64,000 nt of DNA. Origin: Hyphochytrium catenoides (taxonomy: Eukaryota; Protista; Hyphochytriomycota). Location: positions 1 through 64,000 of the forward strand of contig FLMG01003876.1 in NCBI GenBank assembly GCA_900088475.1, given 5' to 3'. Below are positions 49,780 to 62,037 of this stretch, in pieces. Numbering within the stretch: the first letter of the stretch is position 1; each line of letters begins with the position of its first letter. The notes beneath the pieces were generated by a model. That model had not been told where the DNA came from and did no database searches. It saw nothing but the letters and a program-made list of their open reading frames with translations. Both the position numbers and the translations under genes were made by a program.

Positions 49780-50347
49780 ATGCTATTCACGGAAGAGGTA
49801 GCCCTGGCGTCCACCGTCAAGTGCTCGAAGCTCTGGCGGCGGAGGAGGTCCCTCACTGAGCTATGTTTATACGGCCTGCCCTGGTAGCGGTAAGAGCTGC
49901 TGAGCCCTGCTGAGACACTTGAAGACTGGCGGCAGGGCACGAAGGAAGAAGCTTCAAGGTGATTGCGGGAGGATGGCCTCAGATGATCATCAGAAGAGAA
50001 CAGCCTTGCCATCAGAATCCTCCTATGGCCTAGCTTTCTCAATGACGACAAACTATGGATGACAAGCAAATATTACGACGAGTTAATTCCAGCGGTTATA
50101 GTTTTAGGTACATTTCTATGAGGACGGTGTGGCAGATGACATGCAATTGACCCTTATAATCTGTCCGAGTTCCTTATTATGAGAATCTATGGATTATAGG
50201 AATGAATGATTGTCATCTGCTGAAGAAGAAGATTCAATGAAAGAAGAGAAACTTCAACTTGCAGCTTCTCAACTTCATCTCTCTCTGATCTGGGGGTTAC
50301 TTCCAAGCTCTATGATAGCAGCTCTTGCTCAGCCTTCAAGTCAATCG

Positions 50348-50768
50348 TCATGGGCCTGCTGATGATAAGAGGAAGCCTCCTTCTCATCGCGGAGCCTGCT
50401 CCTTCTTGTATACTCTACTTCATCCGTAGGTAAGGAACTTACAATCTGACATTGACGGGCACTCGGAATCTCAGATTAGTATCCCAGAAGACATCTTTAT
50501 GGGCCCTGCTGATAAGAAGATAAAGCCTTCCGATCCTTGCAGAGCCTGCTCCTCCTTGTATACTCAACTTCATCCGTAGGAAAGGAACTTACAATCTGAC
50601 ATTGACGGGCACTCAGAATCTCAGATTAGTATCCCAGAAGACATCTTCATGAGCCCTGCTGACAATAAGAGGAAGCCTCCTTCTCGTTGCGGAGCTGCTC
50701 CTACTTATATACTCTACCTTATCGGTAGCAAATAAAGTGGCAATCTGACATTGACAGACACTCAGAAT
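50348..50768. repeat. Degenerate tandem repeat, 150-bp period, about 2.8 copies
   Basis: ctgctga recurs at 50356, 50506 and 50656. The block catccgtagg..aggaacttacaatctgacattgacgggcactc.gaatctcagattagtatcccagaagacatctt is nearly identical in copies 1 and 2. Confidence 0.95.
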
Positions 50769-50801
50769 AGTATTTTAAAGGCTTTTCTTATAAGATAATG
50801 A

Positions 50802-51830
50802 TCAATAACTTGGATAGGCTGTCAAATTTTGATCCAACTTCACTGGTGAGATGACTTGAGGGCTCCAGTCCACGGGAATGGCGACAGGAACTTCGTATGG
50901 CTCTGGCTGAGCAGGCGGCGACTGAAGGATCTGAATAGGGAGCTCAAGAGTTGGCTTGAAGGTGCCCAGACGAAGCTTAACTTCCACGTGATAGCTGCAC
51001 CTAAAGTTATGGATTTCTGGACCCGTACTAGGAACAAACCCATTTTGTCCATCTGGAGGAGCAACCGGAAGCTGCAAGTCGCAGCTCTTCGATTCTCCAG
51101 GCTGGATTAGTTCGTCAGTCTCGACGTACGAACAGACAAATGTGGAGGTCTCAGAATGGCCGTGGGCTCGGAACTCCATCCGGCACACGAGGCTGATCTT
51201 GATGCCCTTTGCCTTCAAGCTAGAGTTATTGCGAGCTTCGACATGCACCTGTAGCTGCTCGTTGTGAGTATAGGTGTCCGTGAGAAGACTGGCTAGAAGA
51301 AACCCTGAACCCCTGGTAAGGCAGCAGTATTCCTTAATAATTTCTGTACACTCCGATGCAATAGGCCTCGGCGGTGCTCCTGTCCTTTGGCTAATGACGC
51401 CAAATGACATCTTTGACTTGATATCCGATCGAAACATCCCTTTGACGTCACAGATCGCCTTCATTTTGTAGGTAACTGAAGCCTTCTTGTTGGGTCTGGA
51501 GATACAAAGGGAACTGGGGAGGTCTGGCGGCAGACAGAACTCAAAGTTCACCTGATAACTCCCAGGCATAAGCGTTCCTCTAGGCGTAAAGAGTGGAATC
51601 TGAACCTTCAAAATGGTGCGCTTAGCTGTATAAGTCTTTCTCTCAGTCTTCCCGTCATGGGTCACTTGGCGACTTATCTCTACAGCTTCAACACCTTTGA
51701 CTCGGAGGTAAACCACATGTGCTTCTAAGGGTTTGCCAATCACAAGGGCTACAGTCCCTCTCACAATCTCCCCCGCTACATAGACAGTCTTCTCAGGAGC
51801 AATGAGCAGAGAAGAGTCCGAATTTCCCAT
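50802..51830 (-). CDS. Arrestin-fold (alpha-arrestin-like) protein, intronless
   Basis: YVAGEIVRGTV, LRVKGVE, LMPGSYQVNFEFCLPPDLPSS, VTYKMKA (Arrestin_N); FVPST, CSYHVEVKL, LELPIQI (Arrestin_C); Pro-rich tail. Start MGNSDS at 51830. Confidence 0.9.
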   Translation of the reverse strand: MGNSDSSLLIAPEKTVYVAGEIVRGTVALVIGKPLEAHVVYLRVKGVEAVEISRQVTHDGKTERKTYTAKRTILKVQIPLFTPRGTLMPGSYQVNFEFCLPPDLPSSLCISRPNKKASVTYKMKAICDVKGMFRSDIKSKMSFGVISQRTGAPPRPIASECTEIIKEYCCLTRGSGFLLASLLTDTYTHNEQLQVHVEARNNSSLKAKGIKISLVCRMEFRAHGHSETSTFVCSYVETDELIQPGESKSCDLQLPVAPPDGQNGFVPSTGPEIHNFRCSYHVEVKLRLGTFKPTLELPIQILQSPPAQPEPYEVPVAIPVDWSPQVISPVKLDQNLTAYPSY

Positions 51831-52769
51831 CTTGGCCACAGAGATTCGTTCCCTGCGACGAAGAGTTTACCGACTACACTCCAAGTGTGGGTCAAGCGGG
51901 AAGTATGGCGATTCACTCAAAGGGGGTTGTTGCCGGTTTGGAACTCAACAGGGTAAAGCGCCATCAGCGGGCCATGACTAGCTCCTTTCGAGCTCCTTTC
52001 GATAGTAGCACTTGAAGACTGGACATGCCAACACCTTGCACACGGAAGCTGCTGAGTCTGCTCGTGCCGGATGCTAGATACACTTACCGTGGGATAAGAT
52101 GCAGCAAGTTAGCTCCCTAAACGCACACCCGTAACCACCACCAACACGCTAGATTCTGGCGCCTGTCTCTCGCACTGACCGAGTTGACTGTTCTTGGTTC
52201 CCTTCTTCTTGGCTAAGACTCTTGGCTCTTCTGCATGTGCGATCTTTCCTGCTGCTTCCGTCCCTCACATCCTACATCTTCGTCCCATCCTTCAACATGG
52301 TCCATCCTCCTCCTCCAGCGTCAACGCAAGTGTTGCCGATCTTCTAACTCTGCTTGTCCGTTTCTCCCTAGAACCTGGAAGATGACAATGACAATCCATC
52401 AGAAGTTCAATTTTTCCCAAGAAATGTACGATACCCGAAGACAGGGGTTCCATGATAACTGAATACTGATAATCGGCTAGGTTGGAGAAACGAACGCAGT
52501 GAGCTGAATGATGATGTCTCAGAAAGATATGTCCGGAAGGGCAAGAGGTCCAAGACTAGTCAGGTGCACATAAGTCTAAGGATCTATGAGAGGATAGACC
52601 ATCTGCTGCTGGTCCCATCGCTCACTTGGTCGCTCACTTGTTCGGAGGAGGCTTTACCAGCGTCTCTGCAGTGCCAGCGACTGCTTAAGGACTCTCGGTG
52701 GCCAGCGGGAGTGGACAACATTTTCCTGGTGACGGAGATGAAGGTGGGCTTTAAGCTTTAAACCGTGAA

Positions 52770-55700
52770 ATGGCAGTCCTCAAAGGTCCAACCTTTCGGA
52801 GGGTGATGCTGCAACGTTTAGCTCTCTTCAGTTATTCGTGGCCCCATCGGATCCGCAATACCCGTTTACATGGGTCCCTCCGTTCTTCTCGTGGTCTGTT
52901 ATGCCCCTGCTTGGCACCGACTAGTTATAGTGGATTGACTGGTAGCTACAATGATCGGACCGCCAAGGCTCTCTCCTACTACGTGGTTGCACGTCATTTT
53001 AGCTCAAAGGAGAGCGCACAAAAGACAGACGAGTTCAGCGTACCTCAACGAGTAGTAGAAAAGCTTCCTGATACGGTCTGGCGACCCGATGAAGAATTTG
53101 ACCGCATGATGAGCTGGGAGATGAAGATGCGACGCCGAGTGGAGATGGGAGCTTCCATCCTTAAGCTCTCCATCTTTTCCTTCTTTCGTCCCCTCTCCGT
53201 CTTCACCATAGGTACGATACGCTAAAGAGTAACTCTTCTACGCAATAGCATCTTTCTCACCCTGAGAAGGAGTTTGTGTCTCCTCCGTGCTTGTTATTGG
53301 GTTGTATGAGGGTTACCTCCTCTGTGACATTAGCCGGCCGGAGTCGCTAGGTTTCGTTCTCTCCTACGCGTACAATCAGGTGATCCCTAGTACAGTATGG
53401 GACACAATCCCAGCAGAAGTCATTGCTCTGTCAAAAGGCTTGGATCCTGAAGTGGTAGGAAGCTCCTCCATCGCACCTCGAAGTGCTCAAGAACCATTCC
53501 AAGCTCCTCAATGTGCTTATCATTTGTCATACGATCTGAAGTCGGGCCTTCTTTTAGGTACTTCAAGGCATGGCGAGTCCGGTGGAGGAGGCTAGGAGAC
53601 AGATTAGCCTCCAGCGCTGTCATCACTTTCGTGCTATGATGGCGGGGTTGATGATGATCACACAGGTACAGAAGTGCTTGTTTGATTTTAGAATCCGAAA
53701 GCAGTGCATTTNNNNTCCAGCCTGAAGGCTGTGGAAAAATACTCCCATCTGGTGAGCCAAGGCAGAGTCCCACCTCTTCCAGGCATCAATGAGCGAGTGA
53801 TAAGGTGCCCCAACGTCCTCTATTTGGCGGGACTGGGTTACATTGACATCGCGTCGCATTCGCACTCTCACAGACTGTGCGGGACTACAAGTACCACCAC
53901 GGAGCTATCGATGGAAAGATATGGCGAGCACATTCTCCCGGTTTTTGAAAGCCCCGAACAGTTCAGTCGGCCAATTGCTCTATCACTTTTAGCTGCTGGC
54001 CATTCATCTTCTTTCCCTTGATCTAGGATCCGGCATGTGCTGGAGAGATGGACGAAGTCCTTCTCGATCCCTACAATATGGGTGGTAAGACAGTGTATCA
54101 ACCTCCACGCGTCCTTTGGGGGCATTACCCATTGTTCTAAGCCCTAGATGGTATCTATTTAAAGCTCAACCTTTCGCGTAGGTGCACCCTGACCAGTATG
54201 GGATCAAACACTCGTGGAGTCGACTGTCAATCTCAAAGGATTATATGCTGAAAGCCACCACGGGCAGGTAGTGCACCCGCTCGTCTTTCATCGTTCAAGC
54301 TCAGAAGACCCGAAGCTCACCGACCTACCCCTAATGTTCCGGTTGAATGGTTCTTTAGGCTCACGTTTTTCCTGGAGGCGGATGGAACAAGCTCAGAACT
54401 CTCAATGTCACATAGAGCAGATCGAGAGGAGTATCTTTCAATTGAGGTAGGAGTCGTGGCCCTTCTACCCTTCCCGGCCAATCGCCTTAACTCTATTGAG
54501 CCTGCAAGACCGTGTCAAAAGTACTTCCTCTCGTGGCCCACGTACACTAACTTTGTTTCCATTTAGACTGTGCATTCTTTCTCAGAACCTTTGGTAACGG
54601 TACTCACCCTCAACTTCTGCTTCATCTGTTGTTAGAAAGCGTCCCAGGGCTTCCGAATGCTTGAAATTCAAGCTTCCCAAACCATTCCCAAGCCCTTTAG
54701 AACCCTTAGAGTGTACCTTGGAGACTCCTTAGAGGTAAGAGAACTTATGATCTGGTGGCGCCTAGAGGTTAGCTAACAAAGGCGTAGAGGATCCACAATG
54801 GAGGGGCTGGAGAGGTGACTCTTCGCCAGAGAGTGGATCTGCGAAAGGTATGTCTTGAGCATGAACATCTTGGGCCATGGGCCATCCTTTGTTGGTTCTA
54901 GCTGCCCCAAAATATGTATCGGAGCCCTACTGCGTATCCAGGGTGTTACTCCATGAGATTAAACAGAACTGTTCCCTACCAGATGCCCGGCTATATAAAA
55001 CATTTTAACTTGTTCTCACCTTCTACAGGAAGCTGACATATTTGTGGACTCTCGGGCGCCTATTGCTCTTGCTGTACTTCGATGGTGTGATCGAGTTGTT
55101 GGTGTGTGCCCTCTCGGATGGCTACAATTTGAAATCTCTCTCCACTACTTAATACTGCTGAAGCTCTTAGTTCTCATACTTAGCTCCTTGCTGTCTTTAG
55201 TCCTCGTGGCACGGCCAGGTGCATCCTTCGAGGTCCTCTTATCCCTGTTCTTTTCCTGCACTATATAACGAGTTGGGTGGAGAGTACCTAGTCTAATACG
55301 TTGGGCTAGGAAAGCCTGGGAAAGAGAAGTCTGAGTCTGGCGGCGTTACTGGGGTACTCATCCTAGATGCAGATAAGCATACTTATCCTCTGGCCTTCAA
55401 TCTCCTGACGTCGTACGGTGAGACCTCTACCTGCCCTCACCTACCGCCGTCCTCACGTTCCTAATATATGCCCACCTCACCATTTCAACGCCTTACAACG
55501 TTAGGATACACGGTTCTAGACCAGGGTTCAATCAGCGAGTCGATGCTTCAGTCGTTGGCAGAAGGAAAGGATAACTCTTTCTCCTTTGAAGAGTATCTAA
55601 GGGCTTTTTACGATCCACCAGAAAAGGAAGAGAAGAAAAGCATATCGATGAAAGATATACCCCGCCTTATTTATCATAGGTGAACTGTCTCCTATACGTA

Positions 55701-56520
55701 TCCCAGCTTCACACATCGTATTTCGTCCGTTTGCTTTCCTTTGCCGCACTTGGAAACTATTCTAATACTTCTGGCCCAGCAATACAGCGGCCACAGTCAA
55801 CGCTGTTCACGCCCTTGTCAAGGCGAAAGCTGCTGATCCTGCAAGGTGCTGCGTGGTAATCGAGAGGTGAGGTTTTCCCTTTACTGGTTCTGGATTCCGC
55901 AAAGTGTTTGAGTTCCGCTCGCCTTCTGCAATGTAGTTGACTTCGCCTCGACTCAACTTGTGTCCTCCCCTTGTTCCTTCAACTCAGTCACAAGGGCCTA
56001 GAGTACTTGGATGATCTAAAGGATGAAGGAGGGAACAGATTTGAGGCCATTTGCACGGCTGTCATCTATGACGATCTGTTCAGAAAGGTGAGCGGACGGC
56101 CTGATGTGGTGCCTGGACAGCCTGGCGTTTGACTTCCACTGTAAAGTGACTGGAGCTCTGCTTTTCTACCATCGTCATTTCAGAGCTTATTCTTTCTCTT
56201 GCTGCTCTGTCTTGGGTGTTGACTCTTCTTGGTGTGCTCTTCGTGCACTTTTACGCCACCGTTGACAGGTGAGGGTCTGGACGCGCATGGGATACAGTTC
56301 GTCAGCTATCCAAGACGAGCTGGATACACGCTTTAAACCAGTCATTGGAAAGAGACTAGCGGCCATCATGAAGGTGGAGCAGGACAAAGAGGAAGGGACT
56401 GTTAGGTCCGTGTCTACGCTTCCTCCCACTCCAGAGCACGACAAGGAGGGTATCCTTTACCGCTTATTTATCGGAGCGAAGACATCGTTTCAAGCTCTCA
56501 TGCAGATAGGAAAGAAGTAG
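52770..56520 (+). CDS. Hypothetical multi-exon protein: organellar-type presequence, ~2 TM segments, alpha/beta C-terminal region
   Basis: About 15 exons join in frame through GT-AG introns (e.g. ...EYLSIE|KASQGFRML...DSLE|RIHNGG...DLRK|EADIFVDSRAP...IYDDLFRK|VRVWTRMG). Small gap at 53712-53715. Confidence 0.6.
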
Positions 56521-56716
56521 AATAAGTCCAAGCCTTTGTAGACCATTCTCCTCTCAGTAGGCTCTACGCTGCGTATATTCACATGAAAGCGGCAAGGTCT
56601 GTCCGGTGCTAGACAAGGCCTGGCCCCAAACGGAACTGGCGAAGCGAAGACAGTTTGACGATGCGGTGTCGTAGTGGGTGTAAAGCCGTTTCGAGTTCTC
56701 GGCAGCTGTGTCATCG

Positions 56717-59700
56717 TTAGAACTTGAAGACCTTGAGCTTGATGATATCCTCTGGGGCGGGTCCCGTTACCATTGTCATCTGGACCTTTCCCGTCTTTTC
56801 TCCCATGGACCACTTCCCTTCCTCTTTCAGTTGGCCATTTGCGTAGCTAAACGTAGCAGTGAGATGGAGAAAACGAGAGTTAATGGACGAGAGTAACGTG
56901 AGGTGTGGGGTCAATTCGATAACAAAATATCGAGATATTTACCACCGTTTCCACGGTCTGATAGTAGAGCGACTTACATGGTTCGCCCCTCGCCATCCTT
57001 TCTCCCTTTATAGAACTTTCCCTCGTAGCGAATGCCGCTTGCCTCCGTTAGAGAGCCGGTGCCATGATACATGCCGGCTACGAAGTCTCCCTCATACGTT
57101 TCTCCTGTAGGAAAGGTCTTCTTCCCTCTTCCCTGAGGAGCATCATCCAACCACTCGCCTGACGGAGAGGTAACGACGCTGATTAAGTCCAAGAGGCTTG
57201 AAGTTAGAGTCTGAATGACGCCGAAGGCCTATTACCTTCATAGACAGTTTGATCGCTGTAAACCATTTTCCCTTTGCCGTGTCTCTTCCCATCCATGACG
57301 GCACCATCGTACACGCCCCCATCATAGTACTGAATGGAGCCATGGCCCTATCGGGTAAGGAGAATAGGGAAGCCAAGAAACAGGAACACCAAGGAAGATA
57401 ATGAGTTACAGAAGATCTGAACAGCAAGTAGGGAAATAACTTGTGTTATCAAAGACCAGGAACGAGGCGCCGCCGAGGTCGTCGCCGCAGGAGGAGCCGA
57501 CGAAGCTGTGCAAAGAGTCTCAATTGGACAAAGGACAGAGTAAAGACGACGAAAGGCCAAGTGACATAGTAGAATGTAGTCAGTAACACAAGCCTTGGTA
57601 CCTCTCTTCGTCCTTCCTTGAATTCTCCTTCATATTCCTTCCTCAGGCTTCCTTCAAGAGAGAGATAGTAGACGCCTCTTCCGTGGCACACGTTGTCACG
57701 CCAGTCTCCCTCATAAACATTTCCATTGTGATATCGCATGCGGCCCTTCCCGTGTCGCATATCCTTCAGGAATTCCCCTTTATACTCTCCTTCATCCTCG
57801 TAGCAGTAGGTGCCTTCTCCCTCCTTGTGATTATTTGCCCACTCTCCCTCATACTCCTTTCTAAGACCACCTCGCTCCTTTCTCCAGTATGTCCCCATTC
57901 CATGGCGCTTGTTCTGCTTCCACCAGCCCTCGTACCGCCCTCCGTCTTCTGCAGAGGAAGATAGTCATGGAGAGGTGAGACTACGAAATGGTGAACTATA
58001 TCAGTTGCATGACGGTTCAGTTTGGGACGCATTATGGTTGCGGAGGAGGCAAGACATGGCTGCAGGAGGCGACATGAATACTGAGAAATGCCCCAGAGCC
58101 GACCCAAACATTTCTTTTGGACAGTAATAAGCCATTCGCCACCATAGCTCCTTACCAAGTTGAAGGGTCCCATAACCGTGCAGATCATTAGCCTTGAAGT
58201 GACCCTCGTAGCGTGCACCACTAGGCCAGACGAGGACTCCCTGTCCCTGGCGCTGGTCAGCGCGCCAGTTCCCGCTGTAGATCATCCCCGTGGCCGCAGA
58301 AACATGCACGCCGTAGCCTTTTATTGGTGGGGGAGGAAGAGTATCAAGTTACTTAAGAGAATGAAGGGAAACTCGCAAACCAACAGGTAGCAGGCAGTGG
58401 ATCTATCGGTAAGCCTTAAACTCATCGGCCCCGCCAGAGACACGGTTGTATTCCCCAACGCAAGATGATGTAGGAAAAGAGGATTGAGGAGAAAGGGCAA
58501 CCAGCACAGAGGATGCTGACTATGGGCTGAACTGTCAAACAAGAGCTGTCGAGGTGTGCGCAAGAGATACCTTGCGCCAGATCATTGACAAAAAAGCCAT
58601 CGTACTTGTCCCCGTTTTTGAAGAAATATTTCCCTCGCCCATGTTTCCTGCCGTTGTGCCATTCTCCCACGTACTGCTCTCCGCAGTGGGACTCGAAGAT
58701 GCCAAAGCCTTCATGGCGGTTGAGGAGCCTATAGAACATAACGACGAAACGACGAAAACTAAGCAAGGAGAGTGTGACTGACGACGAAGCAGGTACAGAA
58801 GACACAGGAAGAACGAAAGTTCCCGCTGTCTATGAGGTGTAATCGGTGCCAAAAGGGCTGATTGATTTGACAGCGATGCGTTGATGAAAACAAACGGCGG
58901 GGCGCAATATACCAGTTGCCAGAGTACTTAGACCCATTTGGGTACACCGACATTCCCTTGCCGCACCGCCTGTCCTCCTCGAACTGGCCCTGCGCATGCA
59001 AGATGTTGACAGAGAGCATGAATGAGACAGAGCTGGTAAGGTCTATCGCCATCGCGGACAAGGCATCTACCTAAAGGAGGTAGAGAATTGTGGACTTCGT
59101 AACAGCTAGACGTGAACGCGGATGTGGCTCACCTTATATATCTCCCCACCGGATAAGCGCAATATACCCTTTCCATGAGCCTTACCCTTTCGTATCTCTC
59201 CGACATAAGACTCCCCAGTAGCCTAATGTGTGGAGCGCTCAAATAAGTGCCGGGTCTGATTGAGCACTCTTTCTATATGCCTTGCTGTACACCAGGAGAC
59301 ATCACCCTCTCATTGCCTCCCCTGCGTTCACAGGATTGGCTGCAATAGCGGAGCGCACATGGCTCTTTTTGAGCATTCTGAACGCATCACCTGCGGCGCT
59401 CCTTCCTTGATTTCTATTGCTAAAGACTCGTCATGCATTTTGCACTACGTACCTTCTTGAATGTTCCTTTCCCGTCGTATATGCCATCTTCCCACTCTCC
59501 TGTGATTTTGGACGGTGCCCGTAAGCCGATGGTTGGAGGGAAAAAGATAGCAGGAGCATCAGCGTTGACTAACCCAATCAGTTCCATGGTGGAATGGCGG
59601 AGCAATAGATGAGGTAAAAAAAATCAAGGAGGGCTCAAGTTAACGGAATATTGGCAACCACCGCACATCTCCGAGTGAAGGCAAACTCCAAGCAGGCAGT

Positions 59701-61742
59701 GCAACAAAGGAGGCCTGCATTAGAAAATAGAGAATGACGTTGCTAACCTTCATAGAAGTCGCCATTTGCGGACTCCAGCTTCCCTTTCCCAGTCAGTTTC
59801 CCATTCTGGAACTCGCCCACAAACCGCTCACCACTGGGAAAACGAAGCTCTCCGATGCCATGCTTCACACCATCCTCCCACTTTGTGAGGAGAAAAAGAG
59901 AGATCCAGTTTGCCCGTAAGTGCAGGCCGAAAGACGTAAGGGCGAACACAAGGTATGTAATGGTATGGAGGGTCAATGGCTGTGACATGGAGACAAAAGA
60001 AGTAAACAAGGCCACATTGCATGTGAAGAAGGTCATCGAATATCTAGGGATCATGAGGCTGTGCGAGAAATAGCGCCAGGCCCCAAGGTCGTGAGAACTT
60101 ACCTGCCCGATGTAAGTGACTCCGTCAACCCGGCACAAGACTCCTCTCCCATGTCTCTTGTCGCTTCGCCATTCGCCAGTATACTTAGAACCATCTGCGT
60201 AAGTCATTACCCCTTCACCGTGACATTGTCGACCCTTAACCTCTCCTTCATAAACAGCACCCGAAGAATATGTCTTTCTTCTCAAGGCAGGCTTGCCATC
60301 TTCATCTTCCGCTTTCTCATCCTTCAATAGCGGTGAATCTTCTTGTCCGTTTGCCTCAATTGTAGAACTCATCCACGATTGATGCAGCGAACCCATTGAC
60401 GTAGAGGGCAAGAGGGATGACAGAGCTCCCAACATGCTTGCTTGGTTGTCTCCTCTTTCTGTAGCGTTACCTTCCTTGCTCCGGTATAATGGTGAGAGAA
60501 CGGCCTCCGCACCACGGTAGAACTTACGGATAGCCTTCTTTGGCACTTTTGCGCGTCCATATACTTTCATGGCTGGCACCGGGCTCTCCCTCAGCTCGAT
60601 ACTGTTCTTCTTGTCCTCGCTACTCACGGTGGGTGAGTCCAAGGTAACGGAGTTCCCCAGGAGGTTTCCATTTTCCGTTAGATTATTTCCACATACAGAG
60701 CAGCGAGGGTAAACAAGTGAGTTGTTCTTATGGTGACAAGCATCGCACCACCAGCGATGGGCGCTGACTTTGTGCACGTTGGCTCCTACGAAGAGGGAAG
60801 GCAAGAGAAATTTAAAAGAGTTATGCGTACTTATACAGTCTTGCTATGACAATTATTGGCAGGTGAACCGAAGGGCACAAGGCCGAAGCAGCGCGAGCTT
60901 GCGGAAGGGGGCCAAAGGACATTGAGAATGTAGCAGTTTACCTGTAGCGCTGTCAAAGGTAAGTTCGCAGCCCGGCCAGGTGCATCTAAGAAAGTCCTTA
61001 TAGCTAGATGGAGGGTCCCATTGAGTGTCTTTAGTCGCCTCCTGGTAGTAGTAAAGTGCGCCTGTGTGCTCATCATAGAGCTCACTCCAGCCGCCTAGAG
61101 ACCTGACAACGTGTGATCGCTTTAAGAGATCTTTAAGGGCTGCCTCAGTTACCACGACCTTCTGCCTCTTCCTCCTTTCAAGCTTGGCAATGATCCGTCC
61201 CAGAAAACCCCTAGCAACTCTTTGCAGGGTTAGAGTTGCCCTGTGCCTTGTAATGGCCTGAGATCCAAGGTTAGAGACCAAGTGAGCACGGTAGAGATAC
61301 TAGCACCACGACATCATAAGGAGTAGTAGAAAGGTAACTAGCAGAGCATCGTCGATAGTGAATGATCCTAGTCGGGCTATGCAGCGGGACGTATATCCGA
61401 GAAGATAAAGAATCGTCAAACAGCAAATAGCAGGCTAATTCTCTTCCTCCGAAGGTGTGTCTGACCAACAAGAAGTGAGGCTTGCGAGGAAGAAGGGAGG
61501 AGGTATATATATATCGTTTAAGCTCACGTTCGTACCTCTCGGTATAGTAACAGCTGTCGCCTGCCCCTATAGAGAGCTTGAATAATGGCTGCAGCAGCAT
61601 AGATCAATTTGTCGTCTTTCTTCAACTCATTCGTAGTAACTGCGGCCAGCTGAATATGAGCGGCGCTAATCTTAGAGGTTTTTGCTTCGAGCTCCTTCCT
61701 GGCTCGGACCCTTGCCGCCCGACGATCAAGCGCTAAGCTCAT
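56717..61742 (-). CDS. IQ / WW / C2H2 / RanBP2-zinc finger / MORN-repeat protein
   Basis: IIQALYRGRRQ and LQRVARGFLGR (IQ); GWSELYDEHTGALYYYQEATKDTQWDPP (WW); CTWPGC-x12-H-x4-H across an intron; WWCDACHHKN..YPRCSVC; more than 20 YxGxWxxxxxHGxG MORN repeats over many exons. Confidence 0.85.
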
Positions 61743-61992
61743 AGTGACCTAGACAGAGACATGAGGCACCACGACTGCCCCAGAACTTTTGGGTGCCTAG
61801 AAGCTCAATGTATAAGACATCAAGCGTCCATGTCACAGCCCACTCAGGGTCAGACTCTTCCATCGCATACTGGAGCCATCCTTTCGTTCAATCCAATGCA
61901 AGCAGGATCCTGACTCCCTCTATTCCATGGCCCCTGCCGCTGTCTCATGGGAGGAAGGAACGCTAGGAGCCACTGTCTCTCGCTGCTCCCTT

Positions 61993-62037
61993 TGCCGCTA
62001 ACTTCTCTGCCTGCCGCTAACTTCTCTGCCTGCCGCT
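61993..62037. repeat. 19-bp tandem duplication (tgccgctaacttctctgcc x2.4)
   Basis: Read directly; lies in the divergent intergenic region between the MORN gene and GCDH. Confidence 0.9.

Noticed and set aside
50348-50768. CRISPR array or C/D snoRNA cluster interpretation
   Set aside because: Whole units are homologous with no unique spacers, no cas genes are present, and the context is eukaryotic. The C-box-like TGATGA occurs only in copy 1.
54586-54593. Apparent 8-nt microexon (cag|AACCTTTG|gtaacg)
   Set aside because: Not needed: the upstream exon ends ATT GAG|gtagga (54446) and joins 54636 in frame (LSIE|KASQGFRML).
61926-61937. catggcccctgc resembling part of U6 snRNA
   Set aside because: Only 12 nt match; the ACAGAGA box and flanking U6 sequence are absent.
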